Positions 1 to 13,932 of a stretch of 47,346 nucleotides of DNA are shown in pieces; position 1 is the stretch's first letter; the number at the start of each line of letters is the position of its first letter. This DNA comes from Chromera velia (lineage: Eukaryota). Position numbers and translations under genes: made by a program. The DNA lies in assembly GCA_018398765.1 (NCBI GenBank), contig JAHBMJ010000456.1, forward strand, positions 1 to 47,346. Direction: 5' to 3'. The notes under the pieces were generated by a model that saw nothing but the letters and a program-made list of their open reading frames with translations, made no database searches and was not told the origin of the DNA.

Positions 1-550
1 CTCTGCTCCTCCCACAACACCCTCCACCCCCAAAATCAGCACTGCAGTAGCCCCTCCCGCCCCCGCACCCTTCACTCCAGGCTCCAAAGTCACTTCCGGC
101 ACCTCCACCGTCACACCCATCAAGCCCCCCGTGACCCCCGCAACCACAACTGCCACGTCTTCACCCTCCGGCTGCTCAGAGCTTGCCTCCATCAAGAGCG
201 CCATCGCCCAACTCGACCCCGGCATGAAAGATTACCGACTCTTCTCGGGTGTCGGAGCCCAGAACCAGAGAATCGGGGATGCCTCCGGCACTCATGGGTG
301 GGACTCTGAGCACAACAGAGGTAACGTGGCCAACCTGAAGAAGATTGTCTCCTTCATCGGAGAGTACATTCCTGGTGCCTCCAGCACAGTCACCAAGTTC
401 ACAAGCCACGTGTCCGCCAACCTGCCCAAAATCGTCCCTGGCACAAGGACCCAGAAGGAGACCTACACGCCCGTGATGAACACAAAGAAGCTGTACATCC
501 CCTGGCCCACAGTGAAGAAGACCATCGAGAACTACCTGGAGCAGTGCTGA
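1..550 (+). CDS. 3' part of an unknown protein: Pro/Thr/Ser-rich linker followed by a ~125-aa C-terminal domain (5' end outside window)
   Basis: Frame 2 is open from base 2 (SAPPTTPSTPKISTAVAPPAPAPFTPGSKVTSGTSTVTPIKPPVTPATTT...) to TGA at 548-550. Strong C/G-ending codon bias. No recognisable family motif. Confidence 0.6.
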   Translation, partial: SAPPTTPSTPKISTAVAPPAPAPFTPGSKVTSGTSTVTPIKPPVTPATTTATSSPSGCSELASIKSAIAQLDPGMKDYRLFSGVGAQNQRIGDASGTHGWDSEHNRGNVANLKKIVSFIGEYIPGASSTVTKFTSHVSANLPKIVPGTRTQKETYTPVMNTKKLYIPWPTVKKTIENYLEQC

Positions 551-949
551 TCATATCAATATTCTAATCGACCGTGATAGATAAAGGAGGGACCGGCTGA
601 TTCTCTCATTGCGACATCGAGAAGCATTCAGTTCGGTGTTTTGAGTCCATATTTCTGCAGTCTCATTTGAAATCGGAGGTCCGAGAACCGAATCAATCAA
701 TCCATCCAACAAGAAGTTTGAATCAATCGACTCATCAAGCAGTCCTCCAATCGTGATCGCAAATCTGATTCAAAATATACCGATCGATCCTTTACAGCGT
801 ACGTCCCTTTTTTTCATTGAAGAACTCGATGACGATTCGCATCTTTGAAGAAGTTTTATTCAGAGACTTGAGAGGATTCAGATGTGCTCAAACTGTGGTT
901 GTCTTTCTCTGGAACTAGCTTTGGTCCAGCCTTTGGAACTTAGAAGTTA

Positions 950-2290
950 GAAGACAACTTCTAAGAAGGGTAATCTGACCGTAATCAAGGTCACAATGAC
1001 CATCACAAAATTACTAGAATGATAAAAGTTTGTATACACAGTACTATACTGCTTACTAAGCCTGAGTATTAGACTTAGTAGATGAAATCTAAATGACTGG
1101 CATTTAGTAAATCACTTTAATTTAGTCTTTAAATCGCTCTAAATCATTTAGAAAGTTACTTCTAGAGTTACTTCACTAAAATTATATAAAACATCTAATA
1201 CCAGTGGTTAGATATTAATTAAATTGAATTACTTAAAATCAATATAACTTACCGAGTATATACGCATTACCACTGTAAAAGAAATGACTATCTTACTAGC
1301 GATCTTACAGAAATGACTCACACTCCCTAGCATTTAATCCCATAGGTTGTAAGATATAGTAGGGGCCTAATATGGCCTAATTAGAATATATATCTAGGTA
1401 CGTATTCTAGTACGTATTATATAAACAGAGTACTATAATAATAGCCAAAAAGTAGGTCTATCATTACTTTATATTGTTACCCAATATTGGATAATCTATA
1501 TAAATCGACTAGTGAATCGATAAGAGTAATTTTATAGATAATTTAATGTACAGATTCTATAGAACAATACAAAAATTAAAATGTAAGCAGCTTACAGTGT
1601 CTCACATGCATACAATAATATTTTTTTCAGTAATTCTGAGTGATCTAGTGACTGATTGATCATAAAACTGTAATTCAGTGGACCTTTCCTCCACAGTGTC
1701 CATGCACACTTAGATTCCAATATTAATTCAAATTTTTTCAATGACCAAATCATAAAGAAAGACAGCGAAAAGAAATGCTTAGAAATCGATGATATTTAAT
1801 CAATCAGAGATATGTGCTAGGATACGTGCTGGAACAGTGAATGACAGTGACTACCTAGGAAGTTTATACTAGGAAGTTTAGTAGGAAAAATTAAGAAGTG
1901 AATTAAGACAGCGCTGCTAATAATTTATACTAAAAAGATGCTTCCCTAGTTTTTAAAACGTTGTTTTTACTTTTTGAACAATTTATTAAAAAGAAAGCCT
2001 CAACAAGGCTTCTAAACCGTGGCCTCTTTGACTGGCTCTTTAACCCGTTGATCAATCCTTCGGCACAGGCTCTATGTGATTCATCAAGTTGGTTAAAGAA
2101 TTATTGGGGATGATTTATACTTGTGAGGGCTCGTATGAGGGTTAATAAAAGAATTTTGAGGTTTTAAAGTGACTCATATTGATTATATAGTGTTAATTGA
2201 CAAATTGCAATGATAATGGGTACCTGTAAAAATTGAAGCTGGATTGCACACTTGATTTTTCAAAATGTGCATGCTCTCAATTAAAGTTTC
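950..2290. mobile_element. AT-rich, ORF-free island; probable heavily C>T-mutated repeat/TE relic
   Basis: Abrupt shift to AT-rich sequence rich in TA/TAG/CTA/TAA and poor in CG. No ORFs in the six-frame track. No termini identified. Confidence 0.45.
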
Positions 2291-2417
2291 ATACCCTCCT
2301 CCACTGCACCGCCCCAATGAAGAAGCCCGCACTGTCTGAGTCTACCGCGATGACCGGTGAGGTTCCGTACTTCTCTGCTCCATGCATATAGAAAGTGCAC
2401 TCAGATTATTCTGGAAG

Positions 2418-5189
2418 CTAGCGTGCGAGAGGAGAGTAACCTTTTGGACTCCTGGAGCCGCCGCCTCGACCAGTCGAGGGGCTCCGTGGCGACGCCGCAC
2501 CTCCATAGAGAGCACCTAGGGGAACGCGCGAGATGGGGCCAATCGACAGATGTGCCTGTGAGCTCATGTTTCCAGCTGCAGCAACATCCAAAACTTCAAC
2601 CCCCTCATCGATATCGCTCTCATCAGCATCCATCTCCGCAACGCTATTCTCGCTGCGTCCCTCATTCTCCACCACCCCACTCCCTCCGGCACTCTCCTGG
2701 TCTATATGCCGAAACGAAACGCGAAGACGCCCCCCGCTTTCCCCGAGTTCCTCGACAGATTCCAGAGCTTTTTTGGGCGGTTCACTGTTCCCCAATTCCG
2801 ACGCTTCCGGCACTGTCCTATTTGACCTCTGCCTGTCGTCCACCAGAAAAACAGACGAGCCCATGTCTGCCTCTTCCTCCTTGTCGTCTGCTGTGTCCGG
2901 CCCCTGACCCTGCGTAACGCCCCCCCCAGTGGCCGTGGAGGTCTCGGCAGGGAAGTGCCCTAGTTCCGGAAACCGGGACAGAACGGAAACGGCAGCCCTC
3001 GAGCGACGTCGCACCACCGCCCTGCAAACAAACAGACAGACAGATAGACAACGCCCTGACAGGGCATATGCACACTATCACAAACCTTGCGTCCGTTTTT
3101 TGTTTCCACCCAAGAAGAAACTAGCTCTCTGACTGCCCGACTGACTGATGAATGAGGAGTGACTTACAATGCCACGCTGACTGCCGGACTGCAAATCCAG
3201 GAGAGACTGACCGAATGATGAGAGTGACGAGGATTGCCGACATCACCGGACGAACAAGAGATTCGAGGACAAAGGAGAACCCCGAGGATGTGAAGAAGTC
3301 CCGAATGTCTTCTGGAGAGGCGGCGTAGACGAGGGAGAACATCAGAAGGTAGTAACAAGAGCCGACAAACAGAATCACGGCGAGTAGACGTCCCGCAAAG
3401 ACGAGCAGGAACGCACGGCGCATATGATCATTTCGAAAGTCTTCGGGCAGAAGCCACAATTCATCCTGGCCATCTGCCTTTTCCTTCTCTCCTCCTCCTC
3501 CTTCAGCGCCCCCGTTGCTCGACATCATGGTGCACTTTCGAGTCCTTGAGAAGATATCACGGAAGGACTGGGCTCCGTTTTTGGCTTTTGGGTGTGTTGA
3601 AACACTGCTTCGAAAGAGTGGATTGCGTTCGGAAAAGAAAGAGAAGGCTTTGCAAAGTCTGGTGGGTTTGCGATTGTTGTCAATTAGGGCCTTTCCGTGG
3701 ATTTTCGTTTTCAACAACGACTCGACTTTGCTCATTTTCACCTCCATCCCCGCCTTCAATTCTGCAATTAAAGGCTCTAAATGGTACACATAGGGTGGGC
3801 GCCTGTACAGGAGTTTTTCTACAGTGAACTGAGGAATGATGGCGAGGATTTCGGAAAAAAGAACTGCGAGGATGACTCTAGTGCTCCCACTGAGGAACAC
3901 TGTGAAGATGCCAAGAAGGGCATTCAACACCTCAGCCAGAGCGAAGTCTGCCGGTTTGTATTCAGTTGCGGCCGCCCCATCAGCTCCGAAGAAGAGAGCG
4001 AGGATCTGCAACAAAGGTCGGAGACGGAAGTGACAGGAGGAAGTACTTTCTGAAAAAAGAAGATTCTCATCGTTTTTTGCAGGAACAGACACCAGAAACG
4101 AGAGTGAAGAACCAACATGGGAATTGAAAACCGAAAGAGAAGACAAAGCACACACAGAGAAGGGGACGTTGGATCATCGTCGTTCTCAGAGGAAAGCGTG
4201 TGTGTCGATTATCTACAGAGACTTCTGCCGCAATGAACGCACGGTCCGACAGTCTATAGAGAAAAAGAGGAATCGGTCGAGAGAGGACAACAACAGAGAG
4301 ACAATTATCGAAGAAACGTGCATTGAGGCTCTTCCTGTGTTTCAGTCCATGACCGCTTTCTGCTGCTGACCGCAAGAGAAAAGAGAACGTCCACGCTGGT
4401 CAAAAGCGCCTTGTCCACTCTCGTCAGCCCTTCGTCTTCGCACTTGACCACGTAAACAAAAGGGTGATCTCGGACAAAAGAATTCCACAAGGCGCGGGGA
4501 GTGGTCCAAAGCGCAAATTCTGTGTTTTCCTTCTTCCCATTCTCCCTTGCCAACGTCTCCCTCTTTGCCCACGTGTTCCGAATAGCGAGCGCTCTTTGAA
4601 TTCTCATCCCCCCCAACCGATTCTCGAGTGCGTCTGCAAACCCTGTCAGTCTCTTTCCATTCCCAACCACAGGCACTCCATCATTAGTGGAACGGATGGA
4701 AATCACAAACCGCGTTCTGGCAATCTTACAAAACACCTGAAGCAACAAACCCATGCGTGCCATATTCTCACGCACAGACACCCCACCCCCATCTCCACCC
4801 TGTTCAAGAAGCTCGAACGGGATTCCGCGGTCCCCCCTTCTGGTCGTTCCAGGTGTCTTCTCTCCACTACTCGACTGCCTGAACGCTTTTTGCAAAAAAC
4901 TGCGACGCCGTTTGCCCCCCCCTGGTCCCTTTTCCCCTTCATCTGCGGTCAGTCTACAATACCTCATCGCAACGTGTTGAACCCTCGTGAGGGATATGAG
5001 AGCAGAGTTGCCCCCCTGGGAAAGGAAAAGAAGCTGCCCGACCTCCTTGGGAAAGATCTCCCCCATCTCAGAAGCATCCCTCTTTGTGTCGCTCTCCAGC
5101 TGCATGATCCATGAATGCGTCCACAGAAGGAGAGTGCGTCTTTCACGCAATACACGCATAGACATGAACACCCACACATCTGCACACAT

Positions 5190-5249
<60 letters not shown>

Positions 5250-8200
5250 GCAGAGACTACCTTTGAGTATCTCATCTGGCCGTCGAGCGTCTTTTTTGGA
5301 ATCGACTGACCTTGATGCTCCCCTGTTTGGTAATTCCGACAGTCAGAAGCCACTCCCTGTCATTCGAAGACACGCAGTGCTCTTCCTGCTCTTCCTTTGC
5401 TCCTTCCGCCCCAGCAGAACCCCCCTGTACATGGTCACGTTTGGGTTGTTCAGAGAATTTCTCCGGAAGAAGAGAAACGCAGACGAGAGCCTCAAAGCCC
5501 TCCTCTCGTTCGTCGCCGCTCTCCACAGACCCCCTAGAGGGCTGAGCGCCCGTCTCCTGAGCGGTCTCTTTTTTCGAGGCGGTTGTTGGATGAATGGGAA
5601 GGAACAGCGATGGTCTCTGGGGGGAATTCGGCTGTGAAGGAGGTCGGCTGTCTTCTCCTTTTTCACTCATTCCTTCCTTCCTTTCCTCTTTTTCTTTCTT
5701 ATAATTCAATCCTTCCTCCTCTCCAGATTTCTGTCCCTTCCTCGACATTGAACGGGAGAGACTCGAGAGAGCGAGAGGCATCGGTTGGAGCACACTCCTC
5801 TCTGTTCTTGTTGGAGAATATTCGTCCTCTTCTTCTGATGAAGCCGCACCCGGAGGGGAGCTTTGAATGTGAAAATTCCCCTCTCCGCTGCGGCCCATAT
5901 GCATCGGGTGGTTCGGCACAGGAATGTGGTCAAAGTGTCTGCTTCGTCCTGTGTACGCACTGGCAGATACTGTGCGGTCGCCTGTGGGGCTGAAAGCTTC
6001 CCTTCCGAAATGGAGACCTTCTGAGACCGTGCTCAGCTCTATCTGGTCTGTGCGTATGCTGTCGTCCACATCTCCGTCTCTCTCTCTGACACTCTGGCCG
6101 GACTCGCTGCCTTCCGATGCCGCTGCACACATTCAAATTGAAAACAAAAGAAGAAGAACATGTGAAGAAGAAGAGTCTCTTTCAAGGTCGATGCAGAAAT
6201 GTGGAGTCCCTATGAAATTCACACTATGTCTTTGTTTTTATTTACCACGAGAAGACGTCCGAGTTTCAAGCAAATGCCTCCAAACTAAGTTCAACGATAT
6301 AAACAGAAAACGGGGATTTCAAAAGACGGAACAACCTTTCTTTTTTTCCAGAATATTTGTGCACAGGACAGCAAGGCCTTCTAGAAACTCCCATCAATGC
6401 CAAACCAAGCACGTGCCCCATACACTGAACTGACGCGGTGGAGCACCGTGTGAGCCCTCAAAGACCACTAGGGGAACTTCCGAGCTCTCGACTTCGTTGG
6501 AGGAGGAGACGGCATCTCCATGACTCAATAACTCGTCTCGGGCAATCTCGGAAACTAAATCGTGCAGCATTCCTTCTTCCCCCCCCAAAGATCCCCCCCC
6601 TCTCTGCCCCCCCTCCTTCCCGGAATCGTCTTCACTCCCTCCACCCACAGACTGTTGCTGCCCCCCCTCTCGCTGCTCAAGCTCTTGCTGTTTTCTTTTC
6701 CTGCGTGCGAAGATCCATCGAGCAATACGAATTGAAGCCTGCAGCTCGAGCCGCAGCGTGTTGCGTTCCTTCGCAGCCAGATAATCTGCAAATGCCCCTG
6801 ATCTCACCAACAGCCTCATCACCCCTTCCGTTTCCTTCCACGTCGGCTTCGGGATGGACGGCCGTGGGATGAACAGGGTAGCCACTGCATCTCTAAGCCT
6901 CCAGTCTGACAGGGGAAGACGCAGAGACGCTTCTTCTTGGGGTTCTTGGACGTTTCTTTTGGATCCTAGGACGGATATGCTTTTCTTCAGGGGGGTCTGA
7001 GTCAGAAGAGAAGATCTTTTTCGTTTCTCACTCTTTGACGTCAAGTCAGCTGAAGTGCTGACTCCTTTGGCATGTGAAGGTTGTGTGACCACTCCCGCCT
7101 CTTTCCCAAAAACCAAAATTTCACAATCTGGAAGAACTGCGAATTCGTTTGTTGACGGCTTCATACCCGACCGCAGCGCTTTCTCTGCAGCCTCCTGTAG
7201 TTCTGCAACCAAAGCGGCTTGATGGGACCGCCCTCCCTTTGCCATGAACGTTTCTTGCCACCAATGCTTAACTCTCCATGTCTGCATTGCCCGCAGAGAC
7301 TTCCGAAGTCCCTTGCATTTGCACATTACTGCACACCCCCTCCGCAGGTCCCATAGAGGCCGCCCCTCCATCAACCGGCCTACCACCGCATCATTGCCAA
7401 CCAAGAGCGAAATTCTGTCTTTCGGGGTCAAGAAAGGGCTCTTGTAATCTAGGACTGCTGCCCGAATTATGAACCCCAGACACAGAAGGGTGACGGCTGC
7501 GGTAATCCAGAGCAACACATTGTCAACTTTCAAATTCTCTGCAGCTTTCCCGAAGTCCCCTAAAACTGCGTAATTGGTGGAGGCAACGACGGTTTTGGCC
7601 TCATTGAGGAAAGACCCAAAGTCCGTGAAGTGGTTGCACCGACACAGCAAATGCGAACCGTTGTGCATCAAAGTCAGGCACCCATTCACAGACCACTCTC
7701 TCTCTCCATCGTTCCAGAAACGACATTCCTGCACAAACAAGTACGGCCATTAAAGAAATTATCAAAGTTGATTGGTGGGAAAATGAACTGAAAAAGAAAA
7801 AATGTCAAACAGACCCATTCCAAAGAAGATTGAAGGAAACCCAGGGCAAAATCATATTGGAAGATCGATCATGACTCCGGAGAAAAAGCCAGTCAGCAAC
7901 TCTTGTCCTTCGTTTCACTCCAGTCAAACCAGCCCTTCAGTCGATGTTTCCACATACGGAACCCCGCTCTTGCAGAGACCTTCGAAAGTCAGTCACACAA
8001 AACATTTTTGTTTTGTACGTCAGCCCCCCTCCCCCGCATCAGCCTGCTGACCCTTCGTGGATCTGGAGGTTCAGGAAGACCTCCGATGAGGGAGGTGTTC
8101 ACAGGGATGAGGATGTCTGCCCACTGGTCATTCAGGTTCACCTCCCCTGCCTCATTCCCGCAAACCGCAAACCCCACTGTGGTGGTCTTCCCCGTGATGT

Positions 8201-9908
8201 TCCGGCTCGCCACCGAGTAGTCATGGGGACCGTTTTCCCATGAAACCGTCCGAATCCATGAGGACCCGTCTCGGCCGTCCGCACAACTTTGTGGTGTCAG
8301 GGCTGCCATCAGCGCTGGAGAGTCCTTTGGGGGTGGCAGCTCGATTCGCATTCCGTTGGAGGAGTCAGATATGACAACGGGTTCTGTGCGTGTCTCCACT
8401 TCCGCAGAGGTCCGGGCAAGCCGACGCACGCCAATCGTGAGTTCGTCTGACTGCATCACCTCCTCGTCTCCTTCGGCTACCGACTCCAGAATTTCAGCTG
8501 CGAAAGAAGAGAAAAACGATAGATGAAAAAGCATACAGATGAAAATGTGGATGGATACGATGACAGCACGTAGACAATGAAGAATCATAGGTGTGCTGCA
8601 ACATCACACTTTCTGTCCCCAAAATCGGAGACCTTAGGTGGAAAACGTCGGCGGGAAGGCCAAAGAAAAGTGACAGAATTAAGAAGAGACGAGGAGAGCA
8701 GGATACATCCTGCAGTCTCTCTCATCAGTCTTCTCATCTGATCCGGACTCACCGAGGAGGTTTACTGCCGAGACCATGGGAGTCGCGCAAACCTCCAAAG
8801 CGGCCGCTCTCTCCGACGCCACTCCAACGTCTACCACACTTCCCGCCGCTGCTGCCTGTCTGCCCGTCCCGCTTGCTCGAGAGAGAGACCCAAGATGATT
8901 CACCATCAGACGTGCAGCGTCAAAGAAAGAGTCTCTCACTGCGCGGGTGGCTGACTGGGGCTGCCCCCTCGATGTGTCTCGGAGGATTGCCAGTGTCTCC
9001 ACGAGACTTTCACCTGCCTGCAAAAGGAGGGAGGTCCAAACGAACTGAAACGCGACTGGAATGCGAATTGACATAAGTCATGTCAGTGTAGCCGCTTTCT
9101 CATCCGCTGTCACTGTCCAACAATATTTGTTACACAAAACGGTTGAGGTCTCCTCTCCACAAAAGGCCAACTGAATTCAAAGCGGAAAACAAGTCAGAAA
9201 GTTGAAAAAGCATTATCGGGGTGTAAGAAAGTCTGTGAACGGATACGCACGCAGCCATAGACATTTTGGACCTGTTTTGTGACGGAATGCTGTTGACTCT
9301 GCGAGCTGTGCGACGTTCCTCGATCACTCTGCTTCTCTACTGACCACTCTCTGGGCCTCTCTGAAAATTGCATGCATTTTCTTTCATACAGAATTCTTTT
9401 TCAGGGAGCGCTCTGTATGAAAGAATTCTGTATGAAAGAAAATGCATGCACTATTTCTTTACTGACCACTCTCTGGGCCTCTGCCGCACGTCGCACGCTC
9501 TCTGTCCCTCTTCCAACATCCGCCCGCACGTCCTCTTCAACAAGCGAAGCAACATCAGAGCTTGAGGTCGATCTGAGGGCCTCCAGGGTCTCTTCGGCCG
9601 CTGCCTCCATGTCTTCTTGGTCAAACTCATCCCTCTTGGCTGCCCTTCGGAACAGACTGGCTGCTTCACGGAGTTCATCCGCAATCGCTTCGACACTCTG
9701 CAGGACGCACAGGAAAAATCAGAAGACGCCAGAATTCTTCGATCGCACAAACACTCTAAATTATAGACACACAGGCTTACCTTTAGATGCGGAGACCCAG
9801 TGAAATGTACCCCAACCAACCCTCACCCACCCACCCATCTATTCACCCACCAGCCCGTACAGGGAGACAGAGAGACATGAGAGGGAAAGAGAGATAAACA
9901 GACCGACA

Positions 9909-9942
<34 letters not shown>

Positions 9943-9953
9943 CAAACAGACAA

Positions 9954-9994
<41 letters not shown>

Positions 9995-10414
9995 TGCAAA
10001 AACAGTCAAAGACGCACAGGTGCATTGATTTGTTTGTCTGGTTCTTAAGGTCACCCGATTGACGCGTTAGTCTTTCTTGACGACTTTAATTGATCTGTCT
10101 GCATGACCGATCATCTTGCGCTACCGGTAGATACCCTTTTGGTGTGTTCCGCTGACCTCCAAAATTGTTGGATCCTCTTTGATCCTTTCCTTGGCCTTTT
10201 CTTTGATTTTCTTGAATCTCTCCTTGACGGATTCGGATACCTCAACCTCCCCCGTCTCCCTGTCAACTGCAGGAAAGACGAAAAGCAGAATGGGCAAATA
10301 CAGTGGAACACTTTTTGGCTAGAAACGTAAGCTCGCACGCAAGAAGAGCGGCCGAAGAGAGCAAAGAATCAGCACACGAAAACACGCACACACATACACA
10401 CACACACACACATA

Positions 10415-10455
<41 letters not shown>

Positions 10456-13400
10456 CTGACCACACGCGAAAGCCCCGGGAATGTTCTGGCAGTCCTGGGT
10501 ATCCGTGTCACACGTGTGCTCACCCGAAGCACATTCGTCCTTGTCCTCACAGGTGATGGCTCCACTCGTGTCGCTGCATGCAAAGAGGACGTTGCAGAAA
10601 CTAACGCCTTTTTTTGATTGAGTGGGTGTGTTTTCTCCATTCTGGGTATGGCCATTGTCTCATTCAAAATTTTCACGAAGTGTGAGAGATCTTCCAATGG
10701 AAAAAAGGAAACATGAAAAAGGACCGAGCCACGCAGGTTCAAAGAAAGAGAAACCAGAGAGAGAGCCAGGAATGAAAGGGGTGGAGGCAGTGAAATGGAA
10801 GCAAAGATTCGAGCACAGCTACTGTGCACAAAAAGCCAGAAGGGAAAGAGTCAAAAATGAAAGGCATCATCTGAGCAGAGACCGCATCACCTGAGTACGC
10901 GGTTGAGCTATCCGTTCAGCAGAATTTAAAAAAGACATTGGTAAATCAGTCTAGTAAATCAGTAAATTCCACAGCAAATTCCACCAAACACCTGTGATCA
11001 TGCATGCTTACGTGTGTGTCTTCTTGAATCCGGATTTGCATTTGCAGTTGATCCCGGCTCCCTTTTCCTTACAGTCCACTTTTGCACTGGACCCGCAAAA
11101 GTTTGCACTTGATTGACAGAGGCTGCAAGTGACCGCGTCAACCTGATGGGTCACCAGCCAGTGTGTGGGGCATCGTTGGTGGCAGCCTTGGAAGATGTCA
11201 GAGCAGTCTTGGTTGGACAAAGTGCACTCGCTACACCCCGATGTAAGTACGTGGAAGTCCAGAGCTGCAAAATAAATTGAAATCAGTTCTTGTCTTGTGA
11301 TTCGTGTTTAATTTCTTGAGGCAAAGAATTCTTTAAAATTCTGCAAGTTTCTCCCCCAAAGAACTTCAACGCAAAAAAAGAGAAGTGAACAATGCCGAGT
11401 CAATAGAGATCAAAGCAAGAAGCCAAGAGTGAGGAGGAGGTCAGATGGGGCTTTTGGAAGAGAGAAAGAGAGAAATAAACACTCGCCTGTAGACTGAAGG
11501 GTCGAGAGCAAAAGAAGGAAGATACATTTGAATTCGTACGGCAGGAGAAAGCCAAGTAAATGAAAAAAAGAATGAAAACACATCAAATAAAATCGAGAGT
11601 GCTTGGCAGAAGCTCTATTGTGAAGTCAACTCATCAAAGCAAACCCTTCAGTTCAAAAACGAAAAGGAAACTGACTAGGGCCAAGTCCTGATAAGATGTA
11701 TGCCCCCCCTAATTGTCCCCTAAGGTTGTCCCCGAAGCACTGGATTTTGGCGCTTCCTGTTCGAACACAGCAGTGCTTTGCGAAGGCCCCGCAGAAGAGG
11801 GCGTCTGGTTGATCGTCGAACAAGATCATGTCTTTGAATTGACCGTTCACGAATTCGTTCCCGACTGCATGCTTGCATGGGAGCAGTTTTTGTGGATGGA
11901 TCAACTGTATTGAAGACTCCCCAAACGCAACAATGCAGAGGACAGGTCCAAAAAACAAATGTTTTTCTCATGCATGGCTTTGTATCTCTCATGGCCCCCA
12001 GTTGTCCAATCAATCTGTAAGGAGCAGAGGGAGCCTTTCGTTCTGCCATTTCATCAGTGGCTTGACTGACTCATTCTTCTTCTGATTGACTGACTGGGAA
12101 GCACATCCTGCAGTCTCTCAGTCAAACTCTCTCTCTCTCTCTGCCTGCCTGCCCTGCATCTTGCCTGTCTGACTAACTGCCAGTGAAAGCACATGAGGGT
12201 TGACCGACCGCAAAGAGCTCCGTAGTTTCCTGTTGTTGTGTTCCTTGCTCTGGCGCATGTTGCGTTCTGCAGGAAGACAAAACACCTAGTTTTCTGTGTA
12301 CGATAGCTCGTGGGTCTATGGATTCATGTTCTATGTAAGTCACGACCATCTGTCTCTCTCGCTTTGAACACTCCTCTCTGGTTCCTTGCAACACACGCGA
12401 AATTTGAATTAATGATGTGGAGGTTATTTGATTGACCCGTTCGGGCAGCGTATGACATGTTGTTAAAACACTGTTCTTCACCTTCAGTTTCCTTTTTCCG
12501 TGCCCTGCTCCAAGTAACCCGATAAACATATTTCCAAGACCCTTTTTCGACGAAGCGCGAAGTCAGAATGCGTTTCGCACTCTTTCTTGTTTAACAGCGA
12601 CTCACTCACGTTTCCTGCCGTCAGTCCGTGGATTGTGTAATCAGTTCCGTTGCCCCAATGCCACTCCTTGAATGTTGTTCCCGTATTGCCGAGCTCGTTG
12701 TTCTGGTCACCGACGTTGCGGGTGTCCCCATTGCCGAGCTGTCCGTCGGTGCTGGAAGGAGTAACAGAGAGGGAGACAAGGTGTAAGAGAGCATATTACA
12801 CATGTGGGGGACAGAATAGTAGGACTCAATCCCATTGGAAGGGGGAGTCAAAGAGAAACGCCAAGGGATCAATAGAAAGAGACAATCAAAGGCGAAGAGA
12901 CGTCTTCACGTATGGACAAGTCGACAGAAGAATCTGAAGGCACATGCATGCAGAGAAGGACTAGAGAGAACAAGAAGCAATTAAGGTGAACACGTGCGCA
13001 TGTTGATCTCCACTCCAAACTCACTCACTCACTCACTCACTCACCCACACACGCACTCATTACTGACTTCTGTCCCCAGCAGTACCACTTTTTCAGTACA
13101 CTTGTTCGCCCACACGCGTGAAAGTTTCCAACCTGCAAGACACATCCAGGAACAGCCAGAGGAAAACAAAAGGGCACATTCACCTCATTGGAATGTGATC
13201 TCCCTCTGATGCTGCACATTTATGTCGTGGAGGCCTTCAGGAAAGAGGCGTGAATAGACTCCCTGGTCGTGTTGCTTATTTGATCTCGGCTTTGTGTCTT
13301 TCGTTCCTGCTTTTCTTTTACGGGGACTCTCTGAAAAACCCCTTTGCCCTTGTCTGCTTGTCCCTGAAACGTGATACACATACAGGCATTCCTGGCGATT

Positions 13401-13816
13401 TTGGGAGCAGTCTGGGGAGCAAATACATAGACGCACAAGGAATGGTCGGGAGACACAGGAAGGAAAGGAAGATAGAGACAAAAGCCCACCGTCAGCTTAT
13501 CAGGCTCTGCTACCGTCCCTGGATCCTCGTCAGGAAACAAAACGTCCTCCAGTCCCGCCGCCATTTGCACTGCGGTTTGCGAACCCCCCGGCCAAACAGG
13601 TTCCGTTGCATTGTTCGTGCGCCCCAGCTGCAAAGTCGTTGAGTGGAGATCAAAACCGACTGCTTGAAAGAAAAGAAAATCGGAGGAAACGAACTTAAAT
13701 GGGACAAGACAAGCAACAACAACCACCGAGCACGCACCCCTTTGATCTGCCTTGTTTAGGTTTCTGACGCCAAAGTAAAAGAAACCATCTCGAGATTGAT
13801 TTTGCTCCTCCGTCAA

Positions 13817-13857
<41 letters not shown>

Positions 13858-13899
13858 CTCTCTCTGTCCAATTCAGCCGTCCAGATGCACAATCAGGCA

Positions 13900-13932
<33 letters not shown>

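Noticed and set aside
10891..10907. 17-nt candidate micro-exon in the receptor gene
   Set aside because: Not a multiple of 3, and neighbouring exons splice in frame without it.
11487..11493. 7-nt micro-exon with a GC donor (cag-TCTACAG-gcgagt) in the receptor gene
   Set aside because: Flanking exons already join in phase; inclusion would frameshift into a stop.
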